A stretch of DNA of 64,000 nt from positions 1,405,962-1,469,961 of the forward strand of contig RHPI01000810.1 of NCBI GenBank assembly GCA_009103225.1. The letters are read 5' to 3'. This DNA is from Chlorokybus atmophyticus (Eukaryota; Plantae; Mesostigma and Chlorokybus algae). A program made the position numbers and the translations under genes. The notes under the pieces are model-generated. The model worked only from the letters and a program-made list of their open reading frames with translations, had not been told where the DNA came from and did no database searches. Below, in pieces: positions 52,184 through 64,000 of the stretch (position 1 is the stretch's first letter; the number at the start of each line of letters is the position of its first letter).

Positions 52184-52192
52184 TTAGGGTTT
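52184..52192 (+). promoter_or_regulatory. Telo-box (TTAGGGTTT = reverse of AAACCCTAA) ~100 nt upstream of the RPS18 ATG
   Basis: Exact motif, with site II motif TGGGCC at 51988-51993. This pairing is known from plant ribosomal protein promoters. Confidence 0.6.
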
Positions 52193-52293
52193 GGTCGCCG
52201 CCGCCGCCGCCGCCGCTTCCGGGGCGAGGGAGGGCTCCGGAGGGGAGCTTCTTGTCGTTGACGTTGTCGTTGTCGTTGTCCGTGTCTTTCAAG

Positions 52294-53188
<895 letters not shown>

Positions 53189-54402
53189 GCTTTGCAGACT
53201 GGTAAGCGTCTCCTAACAGGCAGATAGCAGTGTGTTGTAACTCCGTTGTACTGCATGCAACAAGCCACTTGTGTGGGCAACATGTTCTGTGAGGTTGGTG
53301 TGTGGTGGAGGCTTAACCAATGTCACCACAAGTTGCTTGTTGCTGTGTGTTGGATATGTGTTGTTGTATCTTCATGTCTGGTTGATGTTCATTGAGCGGT
53401 GCTTTTAGGCGGCGGTACCTTCAAGGAGATTGGCTGGCTGCATCATCGGTGTTTGGCGTCGAGCTTGTACTGGCGTTGCTGATCTGGACTCTAACTGGGT
53501 TAATCTGAAAACAAGATGTTCTTTTGCGCGCAATGTTGTTTAACTCTACATGTGCCTGTCACACTTCTGCATTGCCTCAAGTGTGTATTCACTTGGGTTT
53601 GCATGGGTTCTGCGCTACGTCAAGCCGTATACATGCCATGGCGTCACTCCACGCTTGGTTATGAGATTCTGGCACCCACATTACTGCCAGCACCTGTGTG
53701 TTGCGATTGTTGAGGGCAGACTGGCAATGCCGTTGTTGGAAAACGGGTACTTGTCACAACACTGCGATCAGGTTTGCAACTCAATGCAGCACATTGGACA
53801 TCAAGCTAGTATGAGTGCCTGCAAGGTATCACACCTAGCAATATGTGAAGCCTGCAAAGCCAACAACACACCACGCGAACGGCCCTGTGGGCAGGTATTA
53901 TAATTGTGGTCAATGAATGGCTGAGTGCTTTGCGGTCACGCATAGAGTATGAGTCGTATTGCACAACGGGGGAGTTTGCTGGTCGTTGTGGTCATCAACG
54001 TGGTCCTACTCAAGACTGACTCTACTGGCGATGTGGCAGGCAATGCATGCTTGCAAACTGACAGGGTTGGGCAGTAGAGTAGTGAAGTAAGTAGTAGGTA
54101 GTGTGCATCTAGCCCGGTGGTATAGAGGTGAGTGTGGTTGTGGTTAAGTGTCTATGCATGTGTCGTGCATGTTGCATACATCACGTGCATATTCTGTACA
54201 CGTGCATATTCTGTACATGCATGTTAGGTTAGAGCTGAGGTAGAAGGAGCACATAGCCTGGCGGTGACAAAAATGGTGTTGGTGGTTGCTTGCTGTGGTT
54301 GTGGACAATGATGGTAAATTGCATGCATGTCATGTGCAAGCATGAGACAATAAACTGCCTATGCAACGCCATGCTAGCATGCGTAGCTGCCTACCCAATA
54401 CA

Positions 54403-54565
54403 CTATCCAGCACTTTTATCCACCACCGGGCTGTCAACCTATTACCTACCTACCTTCACTACTAGCCAACCCCGTTGGACAACTTCTATCCAGCACTTTT
54501 ATCCACCACCGGGCTGTCAACCTATTACCTACCTACCTTCACTACTAGCCAACCCCGTTGGACAA
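54403..54565. repeat. Tandem direct duplication, 83-bp period (80 bp identical)
   Basis: CTATCCAGCACTTTTATCCACCACCGGGCT...CCCCGTTGGACAA at 54403-54482 and 54486-54565. Confidence 0.97.
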
Positions 54566-55138
54566 GTCTTTACACGTGTTGTTCGTGCTGGCTGCTGTTA
54601 CTCCATACGGTGCTGGGTCGTAGCCTGAACATGTGCCCTTCTGCTCAGGTTGGCAGCTGAGATCTGCATCATCCCCTGCTCCTGCTCTTGCTCTTGCTTA
54701 CCCGCCCTGCATGCACATAGCAGCATACGCGTAGTGTACCTAGCCTTTGCCCCCGTTGGTAATTAATTGTATGCCTTGCTGCTTACTGGTGTGCTACTGT
54801 GCGTGTGCGTGTGCCGTGCATGCTTGTATTGTTGGAATGCCTATGTTGGCATCATTCATTTAGTTGGCAGCTACACTCTCATTCTGGTTACTCGCAGTTG
54901 AGTAACCAGTGGGCCAACCACCTTTGATTTTGCACTTGGCCCATGGATATTGCATTCGAAATGGAGTCAATGAATTGTGCAGTGCAGTTGGCTAGCCTCT
55001 CATTGCCAACAGTTCAGCGACTTGCAATCTGTTGTGTGCAATAGGAAAAGAAGCAAACAAGTGCATAACAGGTGCCAATGTGGCATGTACCTGCAGCTAG
55101 CAACAGCAACTGCCTTATCAGTGGCGTAGCCTACTGTC

Positions 55139-57720
55139 CTAAGCGCCAATATCAATAATGTCCACCGAAGGTGCGGGAGCTTCAGCAGAGTTAAAGTACT
55201 TGCTCCAGAAAATGGAGAAGGTAAGAGCGAGGAGGATGAGCCAGACAACAACAATGGTGGGGGGTTTGCGGCGTCGTCCGAACAGGCCCTTGAGGAATGG
55301 CCAGTAGTGGACCAGAACCCAGAGACTGAAGATTACTTTGCTGAGCAATTGTGCGTAGTTCACAAGGCCAGTAACCTGATTGACCTCCCGGGCCACGCCC
55401 GCAATCAACGCCAGCGCGTTGGCGAAGCAAATCAGCAGTGGCACGAACAGCAGCCATGACCATCGCACTTGGTAGAACTCATTCTCATCGTCATCAGACT
55501 TCTGTGTGATTGAGAACGCCACCTGCAAACAAAGATGGACATTTGCATCTTCAACACATGCCACATATACATCATTGGTACTGTCCAGGCTACAAAGTAC
55601 ACACCTGCAGCCCGAATATGTTCTTCAAGAGTCCCTGCCAGACAGCAGCAAAGTGCGCGGATGTGCCGGAGATGACCCAAAACTGCTCGTTGCGCCAAAA
55701 GTCGTCCAGAGTAATGCCAGACCACTGCGAATAACAGGGTCACCAATGGCTCATGCAAGTGAGACAAACCCATGCTCGAGTGCTGCCCAACCCACACACC
55801 TGGACTTCAAGGTAAGACGTGCCGATGATACCGAGGAACAGCGCACCGTAGTAGAGCACAGCCACGCCATTGATTTGCGCTACGATGAACTGGTTGGCGA
55901 GCAGACAGACAGCTGGGAGAAAACCGTCAAGAGTGAGCACAGGGAAAGCAACATGTGCTGTGGTTGTTGACATGTGTCAACTCACTTACCTGGTAGGCTG
56001 CAGTACACCACAAGGATGCAGGAAGTGAAGGGATATACCATGGTGGCCATGTAAGCCGTGCGCTGCACGCCCTTCAGCCCCGAGCCCCACGCAGCCCAGA
56101 ACGGGTTGTTGCCCGAGAAGAAGATCTCAATGGACCCTGTTGCCCACCTCAACACCTGAGCAGCATATACTGATTAAGTTGTGCACATTGTCTCTTCGAC
56201 ATCTCACCCTCAAGTGGAGCACTCTTTTACCTGTTGGAGTCTGTCCGTGAGGTTGATGGGCGCAGTGCCCTTAAAGGCAGGTATCTGAGGGGTGTGATAC
56301 ACGCTTCGCCAACCGAGGCAATGAAGCTGATAACCAGTGACAATGTCCTCTGTCACCGTGCCATAAACCCAACCCACACCTGCGCCCCATTCCGACATGG
56401 TGTCGTACTCGCACGACACCGACAACACAACCTGTGCACAAGAGCACATGTGTTAGCTAGTTTCACGCAGCCAAGAACATAGTCCGCTACAAAGCTGGAT
56501 GTGCGAAACACTGCATCCAACCAACCATGCCTGCAAGCATGCTGCATGTTGATATGTGTAAGCACTCCACGTACCTCGCTGAGGAGCTCCCGAGGCGGCA
56601 ACTCGCATAGTTTGGCTGTCAAGGTTGTCTCTGCGAATGCGCGTGAGGGTCCCAAGCTCTCTGCCAGAGGGTGCATCATACGTGCCTGCAGCTTTGGGTC
56701 CTGAAAGTAACACACACGTGTCAATAATACAGACTGATGTTGTAGTGTATGACAAGCTTGACATGCAAAATGGGCTTACAGGGTCAACTTTGGCGGTTTT
56801 GTTACGTTTCCCGCAGCAGCAGCAACAGCAGCAAAGAAGGTTGCCAAGGCAGCCTCTGTTGCCTGAGCCATGCTTGTTGCTCTTCTTCTTCTTGTGCTTG
56901 AGCTTGCCCTTGGAGCCCTGCAGCAACGCCTCCTTGGCACCTGGTGGAGGCCTTCCGTACAACGCCTGGCGCCTACAGGGAATAGTGGTTCAGGACGATG
57001 TTGTTACATTGCATGTGTCTGCTTGTGCGTGCGCATGCATTCATGTGTGCACGCATGCACGTGTCGGTGTCTATTCTTCCGTTTGCAAAGATATTGTAAA
57101 CAAGATGAGTACCTGAAGAAACAGCCTGTGCCAACGTATAGGGGACCCTGGGAGCCGTCCATGCCTCTCATGTTGGCGTCAAAGAACACCACATTGTTGT
57201 TGGCGTATCTGTCACCAAGCCCGTGTTAAGGAGCGTGTGCACGCAAAGCGCTTGCTCAGCTAACATGTACCAACATGCGTATGCACCCACTCACCTGTCA
57301 TGCGCATCGATGCCATCAAAGCGCTGCGGGAACTGCACGTATCCCGTGTTGGCGCCTTTGATGGGGTCGAGGAAGAAGCAGAGAGCCTCCTTAACAACGT
57401 TGGAGTTGTTGATGTAGTGGTCACAGTCGACGTTGAACATGAACTCGCCGTTGGTCAGAAGTGCGCTCGCACGCACCAGCGCGTTCATCGCACCCGCCTT
57501 CTTGTGGTGCTCTGCACCCGGACGCTTCTCACGTGACACGTACACCAGCCCCGGCACCGCACCCACACTTCGGTCACGCAGAGGTAAGAACACCTGCCGA
57601 CCACCAGCCCATGTTTGCATGTGATATGAACAAGAGGTTTTGCAGCAGAGTAGCTTAGGCGTGCGCTAGCCCTTTAGTGCTACGCTTTGATGAGGTATTC
57701 TTGCCAAGTGCTGAGCCTGT

Positions 57721-57768
<48 letters not shown>

Positions 57769-58834
57769 GTGCCCATAATCACATGCACAATTGCAAGCAC
57801 ACACCAGCACGCAGGGCAGTAGCCAACCTGTATGATGCCGTCATGGTCGCTGCGTTTCTGTCCTGGCCACGGGCTGCCATCCGGCATTGCCCAGCCGCCC
57901 TCGGGGGGTCCAGCACGAGCTTCGCGCACAAGTGCGCCCACACGCCCACAGAACTCGTCATACGCGCGCTTCATCCTCATCCTCTGCCTCACGAAGTCGG
58001 GACTGCCGTAGCCGCCACTAAACACAAAAGCGGCTCAGCAATTGAAGCTAGTCAGCAAGTGCACACGTACACGCACGCACGCGCACACGCACATGCATGT
58101 GTACAAGCATGCACACTTGTACGCCATCCTGCGTGTTGGATACCATGCACGCGTGCACGCTACCAGTGTTCCATGCACGCAATGCTAGCTGGCAGTTGCA
58201 AGGTGATTGGGACCACATTATGTCATTCTTCAAACACGCACTGTATTTCGCTTACGTGTAGTCCATGGGTTTGGAGAAGTACTGTGCCGGTGCGCGTGGT
58301 TCAATCTTGGCCTCGCGTGCAAATGGCACCCACACGCGCGCAAAGCACGCTGTTTCCGCCATGGTGTCGAACATGAGTTTGGATGCGCCGTCATCAGACA
58401 AATAGACGGCGAGCTTGTGTTGCGGGTAGTCGAGTGCGAGGATGGATAGGATGGTGTTGGCTGTGACGAGGGGTGGCTCGCGCGTGGCGTCTGCCGTCGT
58501 GATGTACGCGTCCACAGCGGGGAGAAGCAACTCGCCGCGCGTGTTGCTCACGGCGTACTTGGCCTCAAGGCGGTCAACATGAACGTGACGCTGAACAGGA
58601 GCCCACTTGGGAGTCTGGTCAAGAATCCATGACAGGAAGAACCACACCTGCATGCCACCACAGAACCATCAGCAGCAACGTGATACAGTTCAGTCCAAGC
58701 AAGTGCCAACTGCTGCACTGAGCTGGGTGAATCAGGCTCGACATGTAGCATCCATGCGCATGACATGGTGTAGATTGCTAATGCACATAGGTATGGAACA
58801 TGAAGGAGAATGCAGCATAATTGGTCGGTTAATC

Positions 58835-58876
<42 letters not shown>

Positions 58877-60820
58877 CTGTGGTCAACATGCGAGCACTGT
58901 TTGGTTGTGCCTCGCGTGTTGATGTTGGTGGTGGCATGTATGTGCGTACCTCACAGATGACGGACATGAGCCACAGGTATCTGGCGTCCGTATTGGGTGT
59001 GCGCAATCGGTACGATATGAATGCGGCAGTGGCAAAAAAGCGGAACACCACCATGAAGCGATACGGGTACACGTGGCCAGGGCTGAGGGGGACCTTGCGT
59101 GCGAGTCCAAGCTTGAGATGCTTGTAACCCTTCACTCCACCTTCGCCACCTTCTACGCCATCTCCAACATTGTCACCATCGGCATCCTCCCGCTTTGTCC
59201 ATAGCACGTTGCCGAACCCGTATGATGACGGCTCCGACATCAAGTCCGTGACCGCGTTGCCACCAACCTTGACCAACGCGTGGGGAGCCTCTTGCGGCTC
59301 CTCGTTGTACAATGTTGGCAACGGGTATGGCGGGGGAGGCGGCTCAACCTGCACAACGAGTGTTGAGCTTCATACACATGGGCGCACATTCAAACACAAG
59401 CGCGTACACACGCACACCATGCTGTGTGTTGTTGGGTGGGGATGTATGACACACATGCCCACCCGATACTCACGCGCATACAAGGTTGTGTGATGTTGGG
59501 TGGGTATGTGCGTACGTGTGTTCTGGTGTCTTGGAGGTAGGTGAGGGTGGGGTCGTTGGAATTGGAGTAGTGGTAGATCTCATCGGAGTACGTGTCGTCC
59601 TCCATGGCCTCGGCGTACGGGTTGTTCTCCAGGTACGTGTCTGGCCTGCGCGCGCCCCCGCCCACTTCGTATGGCTTCCCGCACGATGGACACGCCCTCG
59701 ACCCCTCCGTCATCACCCGATCAAAACACTCCTGTTGTTAGTGAGTGAGAGAGTGAGAGTGTGTGTGCGCACGTGCGCGCGCGTGCGTATGCGTGTTTGT
59801 ATCTGCGCGTGTGTTGTGTAAACATGGCAAGGAACCACCTATGAACCACTGTGTACCTTGCATATCCTGAATGCGCACTGGCAGGGCTCGAAGTCTTGTG
59901 CATCTCTTGGGTTGATAGGATCTGCAGGGCAAAATTTGGATAATGATGTCAAGCACTTCTTGACCGTGTCTGAATGGTTCAAGCCACGCACATTCTAATG
60001 CGCTCACCTGCGCAGACCATGCAGATAGGGAGGCCATGGTCCTGGATGTACTTAGGATTGCTGTTGTTGATGTTGTTATGGCTATTGTTGCTGATGATGA
60101 GGCTGCTGGTGTTGTTGGGCAGGCTGCTGACGCTGGCGCTCGTGCTGTCCACCAGCGCAGCCAGCACGTTCTGGCAACAATAATAACAACATAATGGTGA
60201 GTTTTTGTTTGATGCTGTGGTGGATGCAATTATACTTCAGCGCTTACATTTGGAGTGCGAGGAGGAGGAACGCTTACAATGCTGCGGGCGCTGTTAGTGC
60301 CACCATACTCCGATTGCAGATCATCCTACAGCAAGAAGTAATATGTAACGAGGATGTTGTGTGGTACTGTGTGATTCCCCCATCCACATGACACAGTTGA
60401 AAGCTTAAAACTGCTTCACCATTGCTGCTGGTACTGCTTGATGCGCGCACACACGAACGCACACGCACACGCACAGTGTGGGAGCTTCATTTAGGTTAGG
60501 ATGACGACGATAGCCAAACTTAGGCGACAACTCTTGCTGACAGGATCTCAACAGTGCATCTCAACTCATGCTTGCCAATGAAGCAAGCACAGCCAGCTTA
60601 CTTGCAGGTACGGGATGGTAGGCTTCGCCACAACAGCGTGGCCAGGGAACCCTGCAGCCCCTGCTGCTGCCGCCGCCGCTGCTTTGGGCGTCCTCCCAGT
60701 GTGCACCCGCGGCGGCGTCCTGGGCGTCCTGGGCGTCTTGGGCGGTAGGGGCGGCAGGGGCGCCACCGCCAGCGCCGCTGCCCTGGGAGTCGAGGAGGAG
60801 GAGGCGGGGCCGCCCTCCAT
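55139..60820 (-). CDS. CSLD: Cellulose synthase superfamily GT2 enzyme, CESA/CSLD-type
   Basis: RING-like finger CMVC...[12 protein letters not shown]...CPSC; WILDQTPKW; [18 protein letters not shown]; SDDG; P-CR ([13 protein letters not shown]); [25 protein letters not shown]; DCDHY; [10 protein letters not shown]; [12 protein letters not shown]; [14 protein letters not shown]; [13 protein letters not shown]; [16 protein letters not shown]. The D,D,D,QxxRW set is intact. Confidence 0.95.
57722..57766. repeat. (CA)22 microsatellite in a CESA/CSLD intron
   Basis: Direct read. Confidence 0.97.
58838..58867. repeat. (AT)15 microsatellite in a CESA/CSLD intron
   Basis: Direct read. Confidence 0.97.
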
Positions 60821-61461
60821 GCCTCCCACCAACAAGTCCGTCTCACAGGGTGCTCAACATCACACCGGTGCCACCATCAATCCAGCTCAAGATCTAGCGC
60901 TTGTTGCTTGAACCACAAGCTTCAAGCCTGCAATCTTCTGGCTACAAGATGCAAGAGACCCGAGCTTGAGAGCGCAAACCGCAAGCTTCCAGCTACCCTC
61001 AGGCTCTAAGCTCTCAGCTTCAAGCTCTCAGCTTCAAGCGCAAGGCTTCAGTCTCACAGTCAACTAAGCTTAGCTTCACACCAGCAAGCAAGCAGGCAAT
61101 GCGCCTGAGCAGACACAGCAGCAACCACATCCGCATTCACCAGCGCTAGTCAAGCGACTCCATCGCCAGCAATCTTGCTGCTTCGCAGTCAAGCTCAGAG
61201 CAGCTGAGCCAAGCCACTTGCTGCTGAAAGTTGAAGTCAGCCCCAGAAGAAGAATTTCTTAACGCTTGCGCTGTTACCTATGCCGAAGACGAGATGGTTT
61301 ATATCGAGCCTATTTTGGTGTTGAATTCGTCTCGCCGATTGCCCCGCACGTGAGTCAGTGATATCGCTCCGTTGAGGGCGATATCGCGTAGACTAGGGTT
61401 CTGCTGCTAATTGGAAAGGTTTGCTGGCAGCGGCGGCGGCGGTGTTGTCGGTGTCGTGGGC

Positions 61462-62985
61462 ATGGGCGGTTTGCAGAAGGCTCAGGCCGTGAGGCTGCTT
61501 GCGCAGAGGCACTTGTGTCGGCTTCAGTTGGCGCCGGCGTCCGCCGCGGATTGTGCTAAGGTGAAGGGAAGCGCCTCGCCGCCGCCTGTCGGCAGGACGC
61601 TGCGGGTGGCTGGCGCACCCGCCGCCTACGGCGAGCGCGGGCTCACGCGCGTGTTTGCGCAGTTTGGCCAAGTGGAGGGGCTTCACATCAAGCAAGAACG
61701 CGGGTGAGTAACTGCCAGCCAGCTCGGTAGCACGGTAATGTGTCTCAAAGCTAGCGTTTGTCACACATGCAGCGGCTTATGCTGTTTAGCCCTGTGCCCT
61801 GTTGGGACTGTTGCTTTCACCTGGCACGAAGCAAATCGACGTGCATGCTACATGCTGCTTTGATCCTGCGCATCAGACGAATTAGCAAGATTGCAAGTCG
61901 GTGAGGACATTGCAGCAGCACTTGGGATGGGTATTTGTACGGCACGTGAGCGATGTGGGGATTGTGCAAATGCCATTGCAGAAGAGTCCACATGCAGGCC
62001 CGTATGTGCATGTCAGTCACAGGCAGAGTACGGAATCTTGTTCAAGAACATTTCTGATTCTGTTTAAATCCTGCATGTGGGCACGAGCTTAGCAGCTGAG
62101 TGCAGGCGACATGCGCCCGCGCACACATGCACTCGACCCCGCTTAGTCATCCTACCTGAACGCTAATTTCTGTGCCTCTTCCAACATTGCAGAGAGCGCA
62201 TTGCGTACGTTGTCTTTGCAAACGACGCTGCGCTACAGGTCGCGCTGAGGGCCGCAATACCGCAAGTTGTAGATGTTCAGCCATCCATTTCTGGACAAGG
62301 AGTTGAGTTAGGGCAAGGAGAAGGGTTAAAAGGTGCAGGCGTGTGTCACATGCGCCTCCCTTGTATGCAAGCGTTGGCATTGTGGTCTTTGCTGATCTTG
62401 TCTCTTGTTTTGGTCATGACAGGTTGGGTGGCTGCGTTTCGTGCAAAGCGGCCACCACATGCAGTCTTACAGCAGCAAGTGGACGCCTTCATGACCGCAT
62501 ATGATGCGGCCGAGCAAAAGGTAATGCATGCTTTTCCCATTGTCATAGCACTTGTGAATGCTGTAACAAACTCAACAGTGTTTGCCGCCTCTGCAGGAGT
62601 CTGAGGAAAGGTTACGAAAAGCAATGTCCGTGGACGAAGAGGGGTGGACTCTGGTTGCGGGGAGGAAGGGGCGAAAGAAAAGCATGGACGGTTCTGGCAC
62701 AGTCGTTGGAGCTGTGTCTGCTACAGCCGCTGCACTGAAGAGCAACGACAAGAAGGAGAAGCGTCTGTTGGACTTCTACCGGTTCCAGCAACGAGAGGCG
62801 CGACGCAACGGTATGTTTATGTTTGATTATATTTGTTCCAGTGGTGTGTGACCTGTACATGCTTGAATTGTTGTGGACTTTACATGGTTTGTTGCGCAGA
62901 ATTGTTGACAATGCGGCAGAAGTTTGAAGAAGACAAGCGCAAGATTGCCAAGCTGAAGGCTGCACGCAAGTTCAAACCTTACTGA
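61462..62985 (+). CDS. RRP7: Ribosomal RNA-processing protein 7 (RRM plus RRP7 domain), 5 exons
   Basis: RRM-like LTRVFAQFGQVE and IAYVVF; LQQQVDAFMTAYD; DEEGWTLVAGRKGRKK; LLDFYRFQQREARRN|ELLTMRQKFEEDKRKIAKLKAARKFKPY* (TGA 62983-62985). Confidence 0.93.
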
Positions 62986-64000
62986 CATAAATCCTTTGAG
63001 GCTACATGTACAACAGCGTTGAGTGTATCGGCCTCGATATTGTCGGCTGCTGTGGCTGCTGGTGAAACAGCAAAGCGCATACAATGCAATGTTGCTTTGG
63101 GTCCGGCAGACTCTGCATAATGAGTCTCATGCATGCCACAATCCTTGCAGTTTATTTTATCTATTTATTATACTCTTCCAGGTTGAAAGACTGGTGTTGT
63201 TACGGGAATGCGAGAAGCATGTTGCGCTGTCATGTGCAGTGTGTTGCTGCCATATGCGTGTGCGGAGATGCGTACTCATTAAACCTAATATACAGTGCTC
63301 ACTATTTCGCATACATATACACACACGATCAAAGCCATCATGTCGATAATCTGAAAATTCTGAAGCCACTCCCTTCTACAGAAACATGAGTGCGTAGTCC
63401 TATCATGTGGACAGACTACAAGTAGGATCTGGCCATTGTGCAATGTCATCAACTTCAGTACGATGGATGGTAGCAAAACCCATAGCACTATGCAAGAACA
63501 TAGCAACCCACCACAATCCACCAACAATGCTGCAATATAAGGTAGGCTTGGGCGGGGCTGGCGAGGAGTAGGGCTAACGTCGCGGGGGATGCGTAGTGCG
63601 GCAAGCATCTGCTTCGTGGCCGCGAGATTAATCCCTTTCCTCGAGTCGGTTACGGCATAAAGTGTGGAGTTCACCTTTGGTGACCCTCGCCGCCACAAGC
63701 TGATAAGCCGTTCGTTATCTATCGGTGTAGTCCGGCGTTGGGCACTTCAAGGTAAAAAACCATTACCCGGAGATGGGTGGCAGATCAATCTTCAAATAAT
63801 TATTGTATTTTCTTTTGGGGGAGGGCAGGGGGACCAATGACAAATGCCATTACGCTTTTTGGCACGTGGAGCACCATAAAGACTCAACCATGTGCATGCA
63901 CGGCCATGCATTGTTGCCGTACACCATCCATGATAGAAGATGCGCAATCACTTACAAGCAATTCTGCATAGAATGGCACGTGCATGGTGGTGAGCTTGTG

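Noticed and set aside
54403-54565. CRISPR-like array
   Set aside because: Only two contiguous copies without unique spacers, in a eukaryotic context with no cas genes.
61000-61050. Short tandem AAGCTCTCAGCTTC x2 in the CSLD/RRP7 spacer as a heat-shock element
   Set aside because: It lacks the alternating nGAAn/nTTCn geometry and is probably a simple slippage repeat.
63285-63698. 137-aa minus-strand ORF near the window end
   Set aside because: No recognisable motif or splice support.

Overview
Intron-rich eukaryotic nuclear DNA, not prokaryotic. A plant-type CESA/CSLD synthase, ARA1 arabinokinase, DLDG1-type CemA and TOP6A occur alongside delta-tubulin and an Sfi1-repeat gene. My inference is a flagellate streptophyte (charophyte-grade) alga. 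About 14 spliced or single-exon genes are supported: DLDG1/CemA-like (+), VPS24 (-), ZNF511-like (+), kinase-less LRR receptor-like protein (-), FEN1 (+), TOP6A/SPO11-3 (-), intronless C2-like gene (+), delta-tubulin (-), twin (Cx7)3C Cys protein (+), a ~16.6 kb Sfi1-like centrin-binding repeat gene (+, roughly 3,000 aa by manual exon sum), ARA1 (-), RPS18 (+), CESA/CSLD-type synthase (-) and RRP7 (+). There is also one weak ORF at 13.3 kb. Genes alternate strands as tight head-to-head pairs, introns are rich in alternating purine-pyrimidine repeats, and there are two N gaps. No rRNA, tRNA, CRISPR array or transposase was seen. Exon boundaries were read by eye and are approximate. Family assignments come from motifs I recall, not database searches.
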